A stretch of 64,000 nt of DNA from Candidatus Eiseniibacteriota bacterium (GCA_963762255.1 CAVXKA010000003.1:64001-128000), one strand, 5' to 3'. Counted from the stretch's first letter, positions 35,203 to 44,930 are shown. Notes: generated by a model not told the origin, from the sequence alone. Numbers and translations: made by a program.

Positions 35203-36144
35203 TTATCGGCAGGCCGGGGAGACGGGTGAAGGGGTCGTCCGGGGAGGCCGCGTCTTCCACCTGCGGTGAACCCAGAACCAGTGATCGGGATACCGGCGCA
35301 CGTAGGTCTCGACCAGCGCCGTGTAGTGAGCGGCCAGTCGGCGCGCTTCGGCCTCCACCGCCTCCGGGCTCGTGGCCGGTACGGGCATAATCGGAGGGTG
35401 GAGTTCGCCGCGCCAACCGTCCCCTTCGCGCACGGCGAATCCGGTCACGAGCGGCACCCCGGTGCGCGCGGCGAGACGGAACAACCCCGGCTGCACGGAG
35501 GCTGGCCGCCCGAGGAAGTCGATGAAGAAGCCGTTCGGCCCGCCGTCCTGATCGGCGAGGGTGGCCACGAAGTCACCTCGGCGCAGCGCCACCAGGATCG
35601 GTTTCAAGCTCGTGCCCACCGTGATCGCGCCGAGACCCATGCGATTCCGGTAGCGCGCGAAGAGAGCTTCGACGAGCGGGTTGCGCTGGCGGCCGCCCAG
35701 AATCGTGACCGGGTAACCCGCCGCGGCCACCGTGGGGGCCAAGGCCTCCCAGTTGCCGAAATGCGCGGAGAGGAGGATCGCCCCCCGCCCGGCGTGGCGC
35801 GCTTCCGAGCACACCTCATGGTCCGCGAGACGCATCGGATCCAGAATCGGCTCGCGAGGCTCACGCTCGAATCGTGCAAAGGACGCCAGCACGAGACCGA
35901 GATTCTCCAGCATGCCGCGGTAGATCGCGTATCGCTCCTCTTCGGACTTCTCCGGAAACGCGAGACGCAGGTTGGTCAAGGCGACCTCGCGCCGCAGCGC
36001 CACGCACCGTGCGGCGAAACGGCCGAAGCCTCTGCCCCAACGCATCGCCCGCTCGCGCGAGGGGATGCGATACACCGCGAGGAGCGCGGATAGCGCCGCG
36101 TACTCGATCCGGTCGCGAACATCGGGGGTCTCGTGCCGCGCCAT
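35203..36144 (-). CDS. Lipid A late acyltransferase (LpxL/HtrB family)
   Basis: NLRLAFPE, SAHFGNWE, ADQ and PDHWFWVHRRWK. Confidence 0.9.
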   Translation of the reverse strand: MARHETPDVRDRIEYAALSALLAVYRIPSRERAMRWGRGFGRFAARCVALRREVALTNLRLAFPEKSEEERYAIYRGMLENLGLVLASFARFEREPREPILDPMRLADHEVCSEARHAGRGAILLSAHFGNWEALAPTVAAAGYPVTILGGRQRNPLVEALFARYRNRMGLGAITVGTSLKPILVALRRGDFVATLADQDGGPNGFFIDFLGRPASVQPGLFRLAARTGVPLVTGFAVREGDGWRGELHPPIMPVPATSPEAVEAEARRLAAHYTALVETYVRRYPDHWFWVHRRWKTRPPRTTPSPVSPACR

Positions 36145-36151
36145 CGTCCGT

Positions 36152-36880
36152 CTACCGCCGGCAGACGTGCAGCGCCGCGATGCCGCCGCTCAGGAGTTGC
36201 CACGTGACTTCGCGGAAGCCCGCCCGGCGCGCGATATCCGCCAGCCCGGACGGGTTGGGGAAGCGGGCCACCGATTCCGGCAGGTAGGCGTAAGCGTCGC
36301 GGTGGCCGCTCACCAATCCGCCGACCACCGGGAGCACACTGCGAAAGTACGCGTGGTACAGGGCGCGGAAGGCGCGATTGGGCGGCGTGGTGAACTCCAG
36401 CACCGCGAAGATTCCGTCGGGGACCAGCACGCGCGCCGCCTCGTCGAACGCGCGCGGGAGCGAGGCCACGTTGCGAATGCCGAAGCCGACGCAAGCGCGG
36501 TCCACCGAGCTATCGGGGAGCGGCACCCGCTCGGCGTCTCCGCGCACGAACCAATAGGAGGCGCTCCCCCGCTTCGCCAGCCCGCGTGCCAGCATCCGGC
36601 CCGCAAGGTCCACGCCGATCACGGTCAGGCCCGGCTCCGACCGGAGCGCCTCGAAACCCAGATCGCCCGTCCCCGCGCAGAGGTCGAGCAGACGGTGCCC
36701 CGCGCGCAGTTCGAGCGCACGCACCGTCCGGCGGCGCCAGCGCACGTCGACTCCCGCGCTCAGAACATGGTTGAGTAAGTCGTAGCGGTGCGCCACCCCA
36801 TCGAACATGGCGCCGATCCGCCGCTTCTGCTCGAGATCGCCGGGGCGGGGCCGCTCCGACGGTCGTCTCGCGCTCACCAC
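36152..36880 (-). CDS. menG: Demethylmenaquinone methyltransferase (UbiE/MenG)
   Basis: MFDGVAHRYDLLN, LDLCAGTGD, FGIRNV and YAYLPES. Confidence 0.93.
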   Translation of the reverse strand: MVSARRPSERPRPGDLEQKRRIGAMFDGVAHRYDLLNHVLSAGVDVRWRRRTVRALELRAGHRLLDLCAGTGDLGFEALRSEPGLTVIGVDLAGRMLARGLAKRGSASYWFVRGDAERVPLPDSSVDRACVGFGIRNVASLPRAFDEAARVLVPDGIFAVLEFTTPPNRAFRALYHAYFRSVLPVVGGLVSGHRDAYAYLPESVARFPNPSGLADIARRAGFREVTWQLLSGGIAALHVCRR

Positions 36881-36884
36881 GAGG

Positions 36885-37508
36885 TCACTCCCCTGCGCCC
36901 CAGCGCGGGAAGAGATCGTGCGAGGGCGGAATGCCGAGCTGCTCCATCACCCGCGCCGCGATGAAATCGCCGAGGTCCTCCATCGAGCGGGGCTTCTGAT
37001 AGAAGGCCGGATCGGCGGGGAGGATCACCGCGCCGGCGTCGTGGAGCCGGAGCAGGTTCTCTAGGTGGATGCGGCTGAGCGGCGTCTCGCGCGGCACGAT
37101 GACCAGCGGCCGGCGTTCCTTGAGCGTCACCATCGCCGCCCGATCCACAAGCGTACTGCAGAGCCCGGACGCAACGGCCCCCACCGTGCGCATGCTCGCC
37201 GGACAGATGGCCATGCCGTGAACCGGAAAGGAACCGCTCGAGATGCTCGCCCCCAGATCCCGGTTCGAGTGGGCGACGACCTGCCCGTCGCTCATGATGA
37301 GCTCGTGTCGCTCGCGCAGTTCATCGATCAGGCGGCGCGGATCGCCGGAGAGTTCGCGCTCCTCCTTGAGCAAGCGCGCGCCGTACTCGGACAGGACGAG
37401 GTGCACGCTGTGCCCGTCCTCGATGAGCGCCTTCAAGAGCCGTTCGGCGTAGATGGCCCCGCTGGCGCCGGTCACCGCGAGCACGATGCGCTTGGGCGTC
37501 TCGTTCAC
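36885..37508 (-). CDS. ubiX: Flavin prenyltransferase
   Basis: VTGASG, ISSGS, LKERR, RETP and PAFYQKP. Confidence 0.94.
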   Translation of the reverse strand: MNETPKRIVLAVTGASGAIYAERLLKALIEDGHSVHLVLSEYGARLLKEERELSGDPRRLIDELRERHELIMSDGQVVAHSNRDLGASISSGSFPVHGMAICPASMRTVGAVASGLCSTLVDRAAMVTLKERRPLVIVPRETPLSRIHLENLLRLHDAGAVILPADPAFYQKPRSMEDLGDFIAARVMEQLGIPPSHDLFPRWGAGE

Positions 37509-38395
37509 AGCATCACCCCCGCCGCCGCCGCGGCCAGAAAGACCATGCCGATCACCGCGTTCATGTCGAAGAACGCACGATTGATCCGGCTCAAATCGTC
37601 GGGCTTCACGAGCCGATGCTCGTAGGCCAGGATCGCGGCGACGATCACGAGCCCGGCGTAGTACCACACCGAGAGCCCGAGCACAGGCCCCAGAGCCGCC
37701 AGCGCCGCTACCGCTCCCAGATGCAGCGCCCGTGCCGCACCGATCGCCCCGCGCACGCCGAAGTGGGCGGGAATGCTGCGCAGGCCCTGCGCGCGGTCGA
37801 ACTCGATGTCCTGAAGCGCGTAAAACACGTCGAAGGCCGCCGACCAGCAGAGCACGCCGAGCGCGAGCAGAAACGGCGCTGCGTCGAGACGGCCCGTCAC
37901 CGCGACCCAACCGCCGACCGGCGCCACCGCCAGCGAGAGCCCGAGGAAGAGATGGCTCGCCCAGGTGAATCGCTTCGTATACGAGTAGCCAAGCACAATC
38001 GCCAGCGCCAGCGGCGACAGCGCGAAGGCGAGCCGGTTGAGCATCGCCGCCGCCAGGACGAAGAGCGCGACCGCGATCGCGGTGAAGGTCCACGCGGTGG
38101 CGACGCTCAGCGCGCCGCGCGGGATCTCACGGTCGCGCGTGCGCGGGTTCACGGCATCGATGCGCGCGTCGGCAATGCGGTTGAAGGCCATCGCCGCCGA
38201 GCGCGCACCCACCATGGCCACGATCACCCAGAGCCAGACCCGTGCCGGGGGCCACGCCCCTTGCCGGTGCACCGCGAAGAGAACCCCGGAGAGCGCGAAG
38301 GGGAGCGCGAAGACCGAATGCGAGAAACGGATCATGTGCCCGTAGAGGAGCACGCGCTCCCCCAGGCCGCGGGCCGGGCTCCGGGCGGCGTCCAT
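37505..38395 (-). CDS. mqnP: UbiA-family polyprenyltransferase of the futalosine pathway
   Basis: FSHSVFALPF, NRIADARIDAVNPRT, YSYTKRF and D..YALQD. Confidence 0.88.
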   Translation of the reverse strand: MDAARSPARGLGERVLLYGHMIRFSHSVFALPFALSGVLFAVHRQGAWPPARVWLWVIVAMVGARSAAMAFNRIADARIDAVNPRTRDREIPRGALSVATAWTFTAIAVALFVLAAAMLNRLAFALSPLALAIVLGYSYTKRFTWASHLFLGLSLAVAPVGGWVAVTGRLDAAPFLLALGVLCWSAAFDVFYALQDIEFDRAQGLRSIPAHFGVRGAIGAARALHLGAVAALAALGPVLGLSVWYYAGLVIVAAILAYEHRLVKPDDLSRINRAFFDMNAVIGMVFLAAAAAGVML

Positions 38396-38400
38396 GGCCT

Positions 38401-39513
38401 CTACGCCGGCGCCCCCGCCGGCTCCAGGACGTCGTAGCGCATGCCGCGGCGGATCGGCTCGAACCCCGCGCGCTCCACGCAGCGGCGGATCTTCGCCTCG
38501 TCCAGGTCGTAGATCGTGCCCGCCGCCGAGACCACGTTCTCCTCCATCATGACGCTGCCGAAGTCGTCGGCGCCGTAGAAGAGCGCGAGCTGCCCGATCT
38601 TCTCCCCCATCGTCACCCAGGAGGACTGGATGTGCGGGACGTTGTCGAGGAAGAGACGCGCCGTCGCGGTGACCCGCAGGTACTCGACCGCCGTCGCCGG
38701 CCGCTTCACGCGCTTCTTGAGCGCGGTGTGGTCGGGCTGGAACGGCCAGCAGATGAACGCGGTGAACCCGCCGGTCTCGTCCTGCAGGTCGCGCAGCATG
38801 CGCAGGTGCTCGATGCGGTCCCGCGCGGTCTCGATGCTGCCGAACATCATCGTGGCGGTGGTGGGAATGCCGAGGAGATGCGCCTGGCGATGCACGTCGA
38901 TCCATGTCTCGCCGTCGCACTTGCCCACCGCGATCTCGCCGCGGACCGGCGCGGCGAGGATCTCCGCTCCGCCCCCGGGAATCGAATCGAGGCCCGCGTC
39001 CTGAAGCCGCGAGAGCGTCTCGCGGATGCTGAGTCCCGACAGCGACGCGATGGCCACGATCTCCGGCGCACTGTACGCGTGGAGCCAGAGCCCGGGGAAC
39101 TCCTGCTTGATGCGACGCAGCATGCCCGCGTACCAGTCGATCCGGTAGTCGGGATGCAGCCCGCCCTGGAGCAGCACCTGGTTCCCGCCGATCGCGCGCA
39201 GCTCGCGGATCTTCTGCGCGAGTTCCTCCCACGAAAGGACGTATCCGTGAGGAGACGTCTCGGGAACATAGAACGCGCAGAACCGACAGCGCGCCGTGCA
39301 ATAGTTGCTGTAGTTGATGTTGCGGTCGATGTTATAGGTGACCCGCGGCTCGGGGTTGTGACGGAAGCGCGCCTCGTGGGCGAGTGCGCCCAGCCAGCCC
39401 AGCTCGGCGTGGTCATGTAGCCATAGCGCTTCGTCCGCGGTGATGCGGCCCCCTTCCGAGAGGCGCTCCTCCAGCGAGAGATCGCGCTCCATCGTGTCAA
39501 CCGGTGACGGCAT
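38401..39513 (-). CDS. mqnC: Cyclic dehypoxanthinyl futalosine synthase (radical SAM)
   Basis: DRNINYSNYCTARCRFCAF, LLQGG, PGGGAEIL, FICWPFQP, IQSSW and MMEENVV. Confidence 0.92.
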   Translation of the reverse strand: MPSPVDTMERDLSLEERLSEGGRITADEALWLHDHAELGWLGALAHEARFRHNPEPRVTYNIDRNINYSNYCTARCRFCAFYVPETSPHGYVLSWEELAQKIRELRAIGGNQVLLQGGLHPDYRIDWYAGMLRRIKQEFPGLWLHAYSAPEIVAIASLSGLSIRETLSRLQDAGLDSIPGGGAEILAAPVRGEIAVGKCDGETWIDVHRQAHLLGIPTTATMMFGSIETARDRIEHLRMLRDLQDETGGFTAFICWPFQPDHTALKKRVKRPATAVEYLRVTATARLFLDNVPHIQSSWVTMGEKIGQLALFYGADDFGSVMMEENVVSAAGTIYDLDEAKIRRCVERAGFEPIRRGMRYDVLEPAGAPA

Positions 39514-40282
39514 GCGTGCTCCCCGCCGAGGCGTCCGCGAAGTATCCCGCCTCGCGGCCCCGCTGCAAGTAGGTGTCCATTCCCTGGCGCTCCCGCGCCC
39601 CAAGACGGTAACGAACATGGTGGCGCAGATAGCTCTCGATCAGCGCCTGCCGCGCGGGGTCGCCGGGAGCGGCCTCGCGAGCCAGGACATCGAGCCGCGT
39701 CGCGTTCTCTTCGTAACATGCGAGCAGCGCGTCGGCGAGGCCCGGCGCCTGCGCGCCCGGACCCGCCCACACCGCGAACACGAAGGGGAGCCCCGTCCAG
39801 GAACGCCACGCGCCGCCCAGATCCACGCGCTCCAAGACGCGACCGGGCCAAAAGAGGGCGTCGTCGCCGATGACGACCGCGGCGTCCCCCGCTGCGAGCC
39901 GCTCCTCAACGCTCTCCCCGCCCGGGACGATCTCGACGTCGCGCCCCAACCGCTCGCGCAACCAGAGGCGCGCGAGAACATTGGATGTGCGCGACGCGGG
40001 ATCGATCACCAGGCGCCGCGTCTCATCGATCGGCCGGTTGGCAAGCAGCAGCACCGAGCGCACAGGCCCGTCGGAGACGATCCCGAGGCCCTCGGCGATC
40101 GGCCACTCGGGATGCGAGGCCAGAGCCGCCACCGGCACGATTCCCACGTCGAGTGTGCCCTCGGATAGCCCGTCGGCGATCATGGCTGGCGTCGCCGGAC
40201 GGATCTCGGCGCCGGGAAGATGCCGGTTCAGGCCCGTGGCCAGCGGCAGCGTGTTCGCGTAGCGCACGACGCCGATCCGCAT
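39497..40282 (-). CDS. mqnA: Chorismate dehydratase
   Basis: YANTLPL, GPVRSV, SRTS, IGDDAL and DLG..W..WTGLPFVFAVW. Confidence 0.92.
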   Translation of the reverse strand: MRIGVVRYANTLPLATGLNRHLPGAEIRPATPAMIADGLSEGTLDVGIVPVAALASHPEWPIAEGLGIVSDGPVRSVLLLANRPIDETRRLVIDPASRTSNVLARLWLRERLGRDVEIVPGGESVEERLAAGDAAVVIGDDALFWPGRVLERVDLGGAWRSWTGLPFVFAVWAGPGAQAPGLADALLACYEENATRLDVLAREAAPGDPARQALIESYLRHHVRYRLGARERQGMDTYLQRGREAGYFADASAGSTHAVTG

Positions 40283-41433
40283 CAGACCGGGTACTCCCGC
40301 ACGGTGCGATACAGCGCGTCGCGCTCGATCGGCTCGCGACCGGCAGCGCGGATGAGTTCGACGATCTCCTCCACCGACATGGCCTGATCGGTCGTCGCGC
40401 CGGCCATATGGTAGATGTGCTCCTCCACGACGGTGCCGTCGACGTCGTCCACGCCCATCCACAGCGCGGCCTGGGCGAGCTTCGGCGTGTGCATGGGCCA
40501 GTACGCCTTGATGTGGGGCACGTTGTCGAGGAGAAGCCGCCCGATGGCGAGGTTCTTCAAGTCGTCCAGCCCGGTGGGCGGGTCCAGCTTGCGCAGCCGG
40601 TTGTTTTCGTTGTGGAACGCGAGCGGGATGAAGGCCTGGAAGCCGCCGGTCTCGTCCTGCAGCTCGCGGAGCATGAGCAGGTGCTCGACCCTGTCCTCGT
40701 CCTTCTCGATGTGGCCGTAGAGCATCGTGCAGTTCGACTTCACGCCCATCCGGTGAACGCGGCGCGCGGTGTCCAACCAGCCCGCTCCGTCCACCTTGCC
40801 GCGCACGATCTTCTTGCGCACGCGCTCGCCGAGGATCTCCGCCCCACCGCCGGTGCATGCGTCGAGCCCGGCCGCCTTCAAGTCGGACACCACCTCCTCG
40901 ATCGACTTCCCGGAGATCTTTGCGAAGAAGACGATCTCGGCCATGGTGTACGCCTTCACGTGCACCTCGGGCCGGACCTCCTTGATCCAGCGCAGCGTGT
41001 CCACGAAATAGTCGTAGCCCACTTCGGGGTTGTGTCCCCCCACGACATGCACCTCGCGGATGTCCTCGGTGACGATCTCGCGCACCCGCTGCTGGATCTG
41101 GGTCTTCGACAGCGTCCACCCCCGCGGATCGCCGGGATCTGCCTTGTAGGCGCAGAACATGCAGTCGGCTTCACACACGTTGGTGGGGTTGAGATGGCGG
41201 TTGCGCACGAAGTACGTGCGGCCGCCGTGGAGCCGCTCGCGGGCGATGTTGGCGAGGAGGCCCAGCGCACCGATATCGGTCTGCGCATAGAGCGCGAGGC
41301 CGTCGTCGTAACCGAGTCGCTCCCCCGCCTCCACCCGGTCGGCGATCAAGCCCAGCCCGACCCGCTCCAGGCGGCGGCGAAGCGCGGGGGTCGACGGGCG
41401 GGCGTCCGGGACGGCGGGTGCGATGGGGTTCAC
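40282..41433 (-). CDS. mqnE: Aminofutalosine synthase (radical SAM)
   Basis: NPTNVCEADCMFCAY, EVHVVGG, FIPLAFH and HIKAYW. Confidence 0.92.
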   Translation of the reverse strand: MNPIAPAVPDARPSTPALRRRLERVGLGLIADRVEAGERLGYDDGLALYAQTDIGALGLLANIARERLHGGRTYFVRNRHLNPTNVCEADCMFCAYKADPGDPRGWTLSKTQIQQRVREIVTEDIREVHVVGGHNPEVGYDYFVDTLRWIKEVRPEVHVKAYTMAEIVFFAKISGKSIEEVVSDLKAAGLDACTGGGAEILGERVRKKIVRGKVDGAGWLDTARRVHRMGVKSNCTMLYGHIEKDEDRVEHLLMLRELQDETGGFQAFIPLAFHNENNRLRKLDPPTGLDDLKNLAIGRLLLDNVPHIKAYWPMHTPKLAQAALWMGVDDVDGTVVEEHIYHMAGATTDQAMSVEEIVELIRAAGREPIERDALYRTVREYPV

Positions 41434-41531
41434 TGGCTGCGCTCCGTGAGACCGGGGAGGCGCGGTGACCCCGGCGGTATCGAGATGGCATCGCCCGACG
41501 GCCGAACGACCGTCCGCATCATAGATGGAAC

Positions 41532-41561
41532 AGGATAGCGAACCCATCCCGGCTGCGTCAA
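41532..41561 (-). promoter_or_regulatory. sigma70-type promoter for the mqn operon
   Basis: TTGACG-18 nt-TATCCT. Confidence 0.5.
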
Positions 41562-41728
41562 AAGTGTGGGCCGTCGCCCCGGGAGGCGCCGGACCGAGGC
41601 GGGAACGAGCCGCGCGATTCGAGCCCCCTGGAAAACCTAATACGATTCTGTTATAGTGTAGTCCTCTCCGGTCTTGGCCGGGACAGCCCGTTCTTTACGC
41701 ACCCATTGCTCATGCTGAGGAGGTCCCC

Positions 41729-43309
41729 ATGTCCCGACTTCGCGGCACCCTGCTTGCCGCTGTCTGCCTCGCCCTGCTCTCCTGGATCCTTCCTTCCGTC
41801 GCCCTGGCCCAGGATGCCACTCTCCAGGCGACTCTCAGCTACGTTGGACCGGGGCCGTCCGAGACCTCGGTCTTCCGCTACGACTACACCCTGACCAACA
41901 ACGCAGTGACCCCCCGGATCATCGAGTTGATCATCTTCTTCGACAGCAACCCGGACAACGGCGTCGATTTTATGGGGGATCTGTCCGACCTCAACAACAC
42001 CCCGGAGTTCAGCGGCAGCTTGACCGCGCCGGCCGGGTGGTTGATGGATGCTTTCGAGGATCCGGATCCGAACGCCTGGGCGGTGGATTTCTTCACCCCC
42101 ACCGGGCTCAATTCCATCGCCCCCGGCCAGAGCATCTCCGGTTTCTCGGTGACTTTCCTCTGGAAGGGCGCCGGCCTGCCCGGCGTGCAGTTCTACGAGG
42201 CGCTGGACGGGTGGGCTCACGAGGGCCAGTCGACCATCATCGACATCGTGCTGCCGCCGATCACCGGCACGATCACCTCGGCGTGCGACGGACATCTGCT
42301 CGCCGGCGTTCCCGTCGACCTATACAACGAGTTCGACGTGCTCATCGCATCGACGCTCACCTCGCTCACCGGCGCCTACACCTTCGCCAACCTACCGCCG
42401 GGGACCTACACGGTGAGCATCTCCACCCCCATCGGCTATGAGGAGCCTGGCGACTACATCGCCGCCCCCGGCCAGCCGACGGACTTCTCGCTCCAGTGCC
42501 TGGGCGAGACCTACGACCCGCGCACCATCGGGTTCTGGAAGCACCAAGTGAGCGTGTACCTGACAGGAAAGGGCAAGGCCCAGATCACGAAGCTGGCCTT
42601 TGTCGGCTACCTGAACGCGATCTACGACCACTACGCGCAGAGCCCGGCCCACCCCGTCTCCGTCTACACCGTGCCGCCGGGAGCGACGGAGCTCCAGAAG
42701 CTCCAGGCCGCCGACGATATCCTCGGGGTCAACGGCTGCGTGCCGATGGAGATTCGGGCCCGCCAGCAACTCATGGCCGTGCTGCTGAACTCGGCCTCGC
42801 TCAAGCTGGCTCAGACCCGGGTCGTGAGCTGCGACGGCGCCACCGCGTCGCAGGCGATCACCTATGCCTGGGATCTCATCGCTGACGGCAATCCCGTCAA
42901 CGACGAGCGGGCCAAGACGATCGCCGACGAGATCAACAACGGACGGAAGATCCCTGCCGGTTGGATTCCGCTGGGAACCCCGAACTACACCTACAGGGAG
43001 CCGGGCGTGGGCATGCGCGAGCTGCCAGGGATGACCCAGCTTCTCCCGAACGCGCCCAATCCGGTCGCGGCGATGGGGACCGACATCCGGTTCCGTCTCT
43101 CCCAGGACGGCGCGGTGCGCGTGTCGATCTTCGATGTGCAGGGCCGCGTCGTGCGGACGCTGGCCGAGGGCTTTGAAACCGCGGGCGAGCACGCCGTGCA
43201 CTGGGACGGCCGCGACGCGCGCGGTACGACGCTGGCGAGCGGACTCTACTTCTACACCCTCACGAGCCCGGACGGGACGCTCACCCGCAAGCTCGTGGTG
43301 GCGAACTGA
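41729..43309 (+). CDS. Secreted multidomain protein: unknown beta domain, SdrD-B/Cna-B-like domain, TIGFWK domain and C-terminal FlgD-type Ig (T9SS-CTD-like) domain
   Basis: Signal peptide ALA-Q; T..G.Y.F.NLPPGTYTV; PNAPNP...IFDVQGRVVRTL...WDGRD...SGLYFY...RKLVV. Confidence 0.85.
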   Translation: MSRLRGTLLAAVCLALLSWILPSVALAQDATLQATLSYVGPGPSETSVFRYDYTLTNNAVTPRIIELIIFFDSNPDNGVDFMGDLSDLNNTPEFSGSLTAPAGWLMDAFEDPDPNAWAVDFFTPTGLNSIAPGQSISGFSVTFLWKGAGLPGVQFYEALDGWAHEGQSTIIDIVLPPITGTITSACDGHLLAGVPVDLYNEFDVLIASTLTSLTGAYTFANLPPGTYTVSISTPIGYEEPGDYIAAPGQPTDFSLQCLGETYDPRTIGFWKHQVSVYLTGKGKAQITKLAFVGYLNAIYDHYAQSPAHPVSVYTVPPGATELQKLQAADDILGVNGCVPMEIRARQQLMAVLLNSASLKLAQTRVVSCDGATASQAITYAWDLIADGNPVNDERAKTIADEINNGRKIPAGWIPLGTPNYTYREPGVGMRELPGMTQLLPNAPNPVAAMGTDIRFRLSQDGAVRVSIFDVQGRVVRTLAEGFETAGEHAVHWDGRDARGTTLASGLYFYTLTSPDGTLTRKLVVAN

Positions 43310-43322
43310 CCATGAGCGGGAG

Positions 43323-43346
43323 GAGGGCCGGCTTCGGCCGGCCCTC
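43323..43346. other. Perfect cUUCGg hairpin without a U-tract between the two secreted-protein genes
   Basis: GAGGGCCGGC-TTCG-GCCGGCCCTC. Confidence 0.7.
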
Positions 43347-43407
43347 ACCGCGCCTCCGCGGGTCGCTCCATCGCGGCGGACACCATGCATTCGGAGGACA
43401 CAACATC

Positions 43408-43983
43408 ATGAGGACTTGGATTCCGATTCTGGTCTTGGGCTTGCTGGCGATCACAACCGTGTCCGCCCAGGCGCAGGTCGGCGGGACTGCCAGCGTTACC
43501 TACCGTCTGTATCACTTCGAGGGCGGAAACTGGGTCGAGTACGGGCCCAACGCGACGCTGCCGGCCGGAGGTGACCAGCCTGGCACCAATCTGTGGCGCT
43601 ACACCTACGAACTCTGCAACATCGGGTTCTCAACGGGGGTGCGGGAGCTCCACATGTTCTTCAACTCGGACAACGTGCTCTGTGCGACCTTCGTGGGCTC
43701 CACGCAGCCCGCGAACTGGACGGCACCCCTGATGGGTCCGATCGCTCCCGACAATAACTGGCGGATCCGCTATCGGACCCTGGTCACAGCGGCCCGCGTG
43801 GCACAGGGGGCCTGCAACGACACGTTCAGCGCCGATTTCACATGGGTCTGCCCAAGCCTCCCCGGTGCACAGAACTTCGACGCCATCGCCGGTACCGGGT
43901 CCTATGCCGCTCAGAGCATCTCCGGCGCGCCGGTCCCGGTCGAGTCCAGCACGTGGGGACGGGTGAAGAGCCTCTACAGATAG
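43408..43983 (+). CDS. Small secreted protein, paralogous to the N-domain of the upstream gene, ending in PVESSTWGRVKSLYR
   Basis: SD GGAGG, signal peptide AQA-Q, visible alignment with the upstream protein. Confidence 0.85.
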   Translation: MRTWIPILVLGLLAITTVSAQAQVGGTASVTYRLYHFEGGNWVEYGPNATLPAGGDQPGTNLWRYTYELCNIGFSTGVRELHMFFNSDNVLCATFVGSTQPANWTAPLMGPIAPDNNWRIRYRTLVTAARVAQGACNDTFSADFTWVCPSLPGAQNFDAIAGTGSYAAQSISGAPVPVESSTWGRVKSLYR

Positions 43984-44016
43984 TCCGTCGTTTCGCAGAG
44001 AGTCGGGGAACACGGG

Positions 44017-44049
44017 GACGGGGCGGCGCTGAGCCGCCCCGTCTTTTCT
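44017..44049 (+). terminator. Intrinsic terminator
   Basis: GACGGGGCGGC-GCTGA-GCCGCCCCGTC followed by TTTTCT. Confidence 0.8.
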
Positions 44050-44930
44050 CATCCGCCGGAAGCCACGAGCGCGTACCCCTCGCCTTCGCGGACGATGTGT
44101 CCGGCCAATTCGAGAAGCGAGAGCGCCTCGAGCAGCGCCGCCGCGGTGAGTCCGGAGCGGCGGGACAAGGTCTCGGCGTCGGCCGGGCCGTGCACCGCGA
44201 TACACCGCCACACCGCTGTCTCGCTGCGAGCGAGACCGGGAGGAACGGCCGAGTTCGCGACGCGATCTCGTCCCGCTTGGGCGAGACCGATCGAGACCAG
44301 CACGTCGAGCGCGTCGAGCACGACACCGGCCCCGTCTCGAAGCAGTCGGTTGCTACCCCGACAACTGGGGCGGCGCGGATCTCCGGGCACCGCCCACAGC
44401 TCGCGACCGAGTCCGGCCGAAATTCCAGCAGTGATGAGAGCCCCACTTCTCGCCCCCGCCTCCACGACCAACGTCCCCAGCGAATAGCCGGCGACCAGCC
44501 GATTGCGTTCCACGAAGCGGTAGGCCAGGGGCGGCGCGCCGAGGGGATATTCCGAGGCGATCGCTCCTCGTTGGAGGATCTCTTCCCCCAGGCGGCGACT
44601 CGACTTCGGGTAGACGACGTCGATGCCGTTGCCGAGGAACGCCACCGTGCTCCCTCCGGCATCCAGAGCGCCTCGATGAGCGGCCGAGTCGATCCCCCGG
44701 GCGAGGCCGCTCACCACGACCGCCCCGTGCTTCGCCAGACCGAAGGCGATCTCGTAGGCCACCTGCTCCCCTCCCGGCGACGCGGCGCGGCTTCCCACGA
44801 TCGCGATCTTGGGAATCGCTTCAGGGGGAAGCTCCCCTGCAACGAACAACTCCTGGCAAGGACGGGGTAGGGCGCGCAACGAGGCGGGCAGCGCCTCGGC
44901 GGTCAAACGGCGGACATCCTTCACATCCAT
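44049..44930 (-). CDS. dprA: DNA-processing protein DprA
   Basis: AIVGSR, SGLARGID, RNRLV, VEAGARSGALITA, C-terminal winged helix. Confidence 0.95.
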   Translation of the reverse strand: MDVKDVRRLTAEALPASLRALPRPCQELFVAGELPPEAIPKIAIVGSRAASPGGEQVAYEIAFGLAKHGAVVVSGLARGIDSAAHRGALDAGGSTVAFLGNGIDVVYPKSSRRLGEEILQRGAIASEYPLGAPPLAYRFVERNRLVAGYSLGTLVVEAGARSGALITAGISAGLGRELWAVPGDPRRPSCRGSNRLLRDGAGVVLDALDVLVSIGLAQAGRDRVANSAVPPGLARSETAVWRCIAVHGPADAETLSRRSGLTAAALLEALSLLELAGHIVREGEGYALVASGG

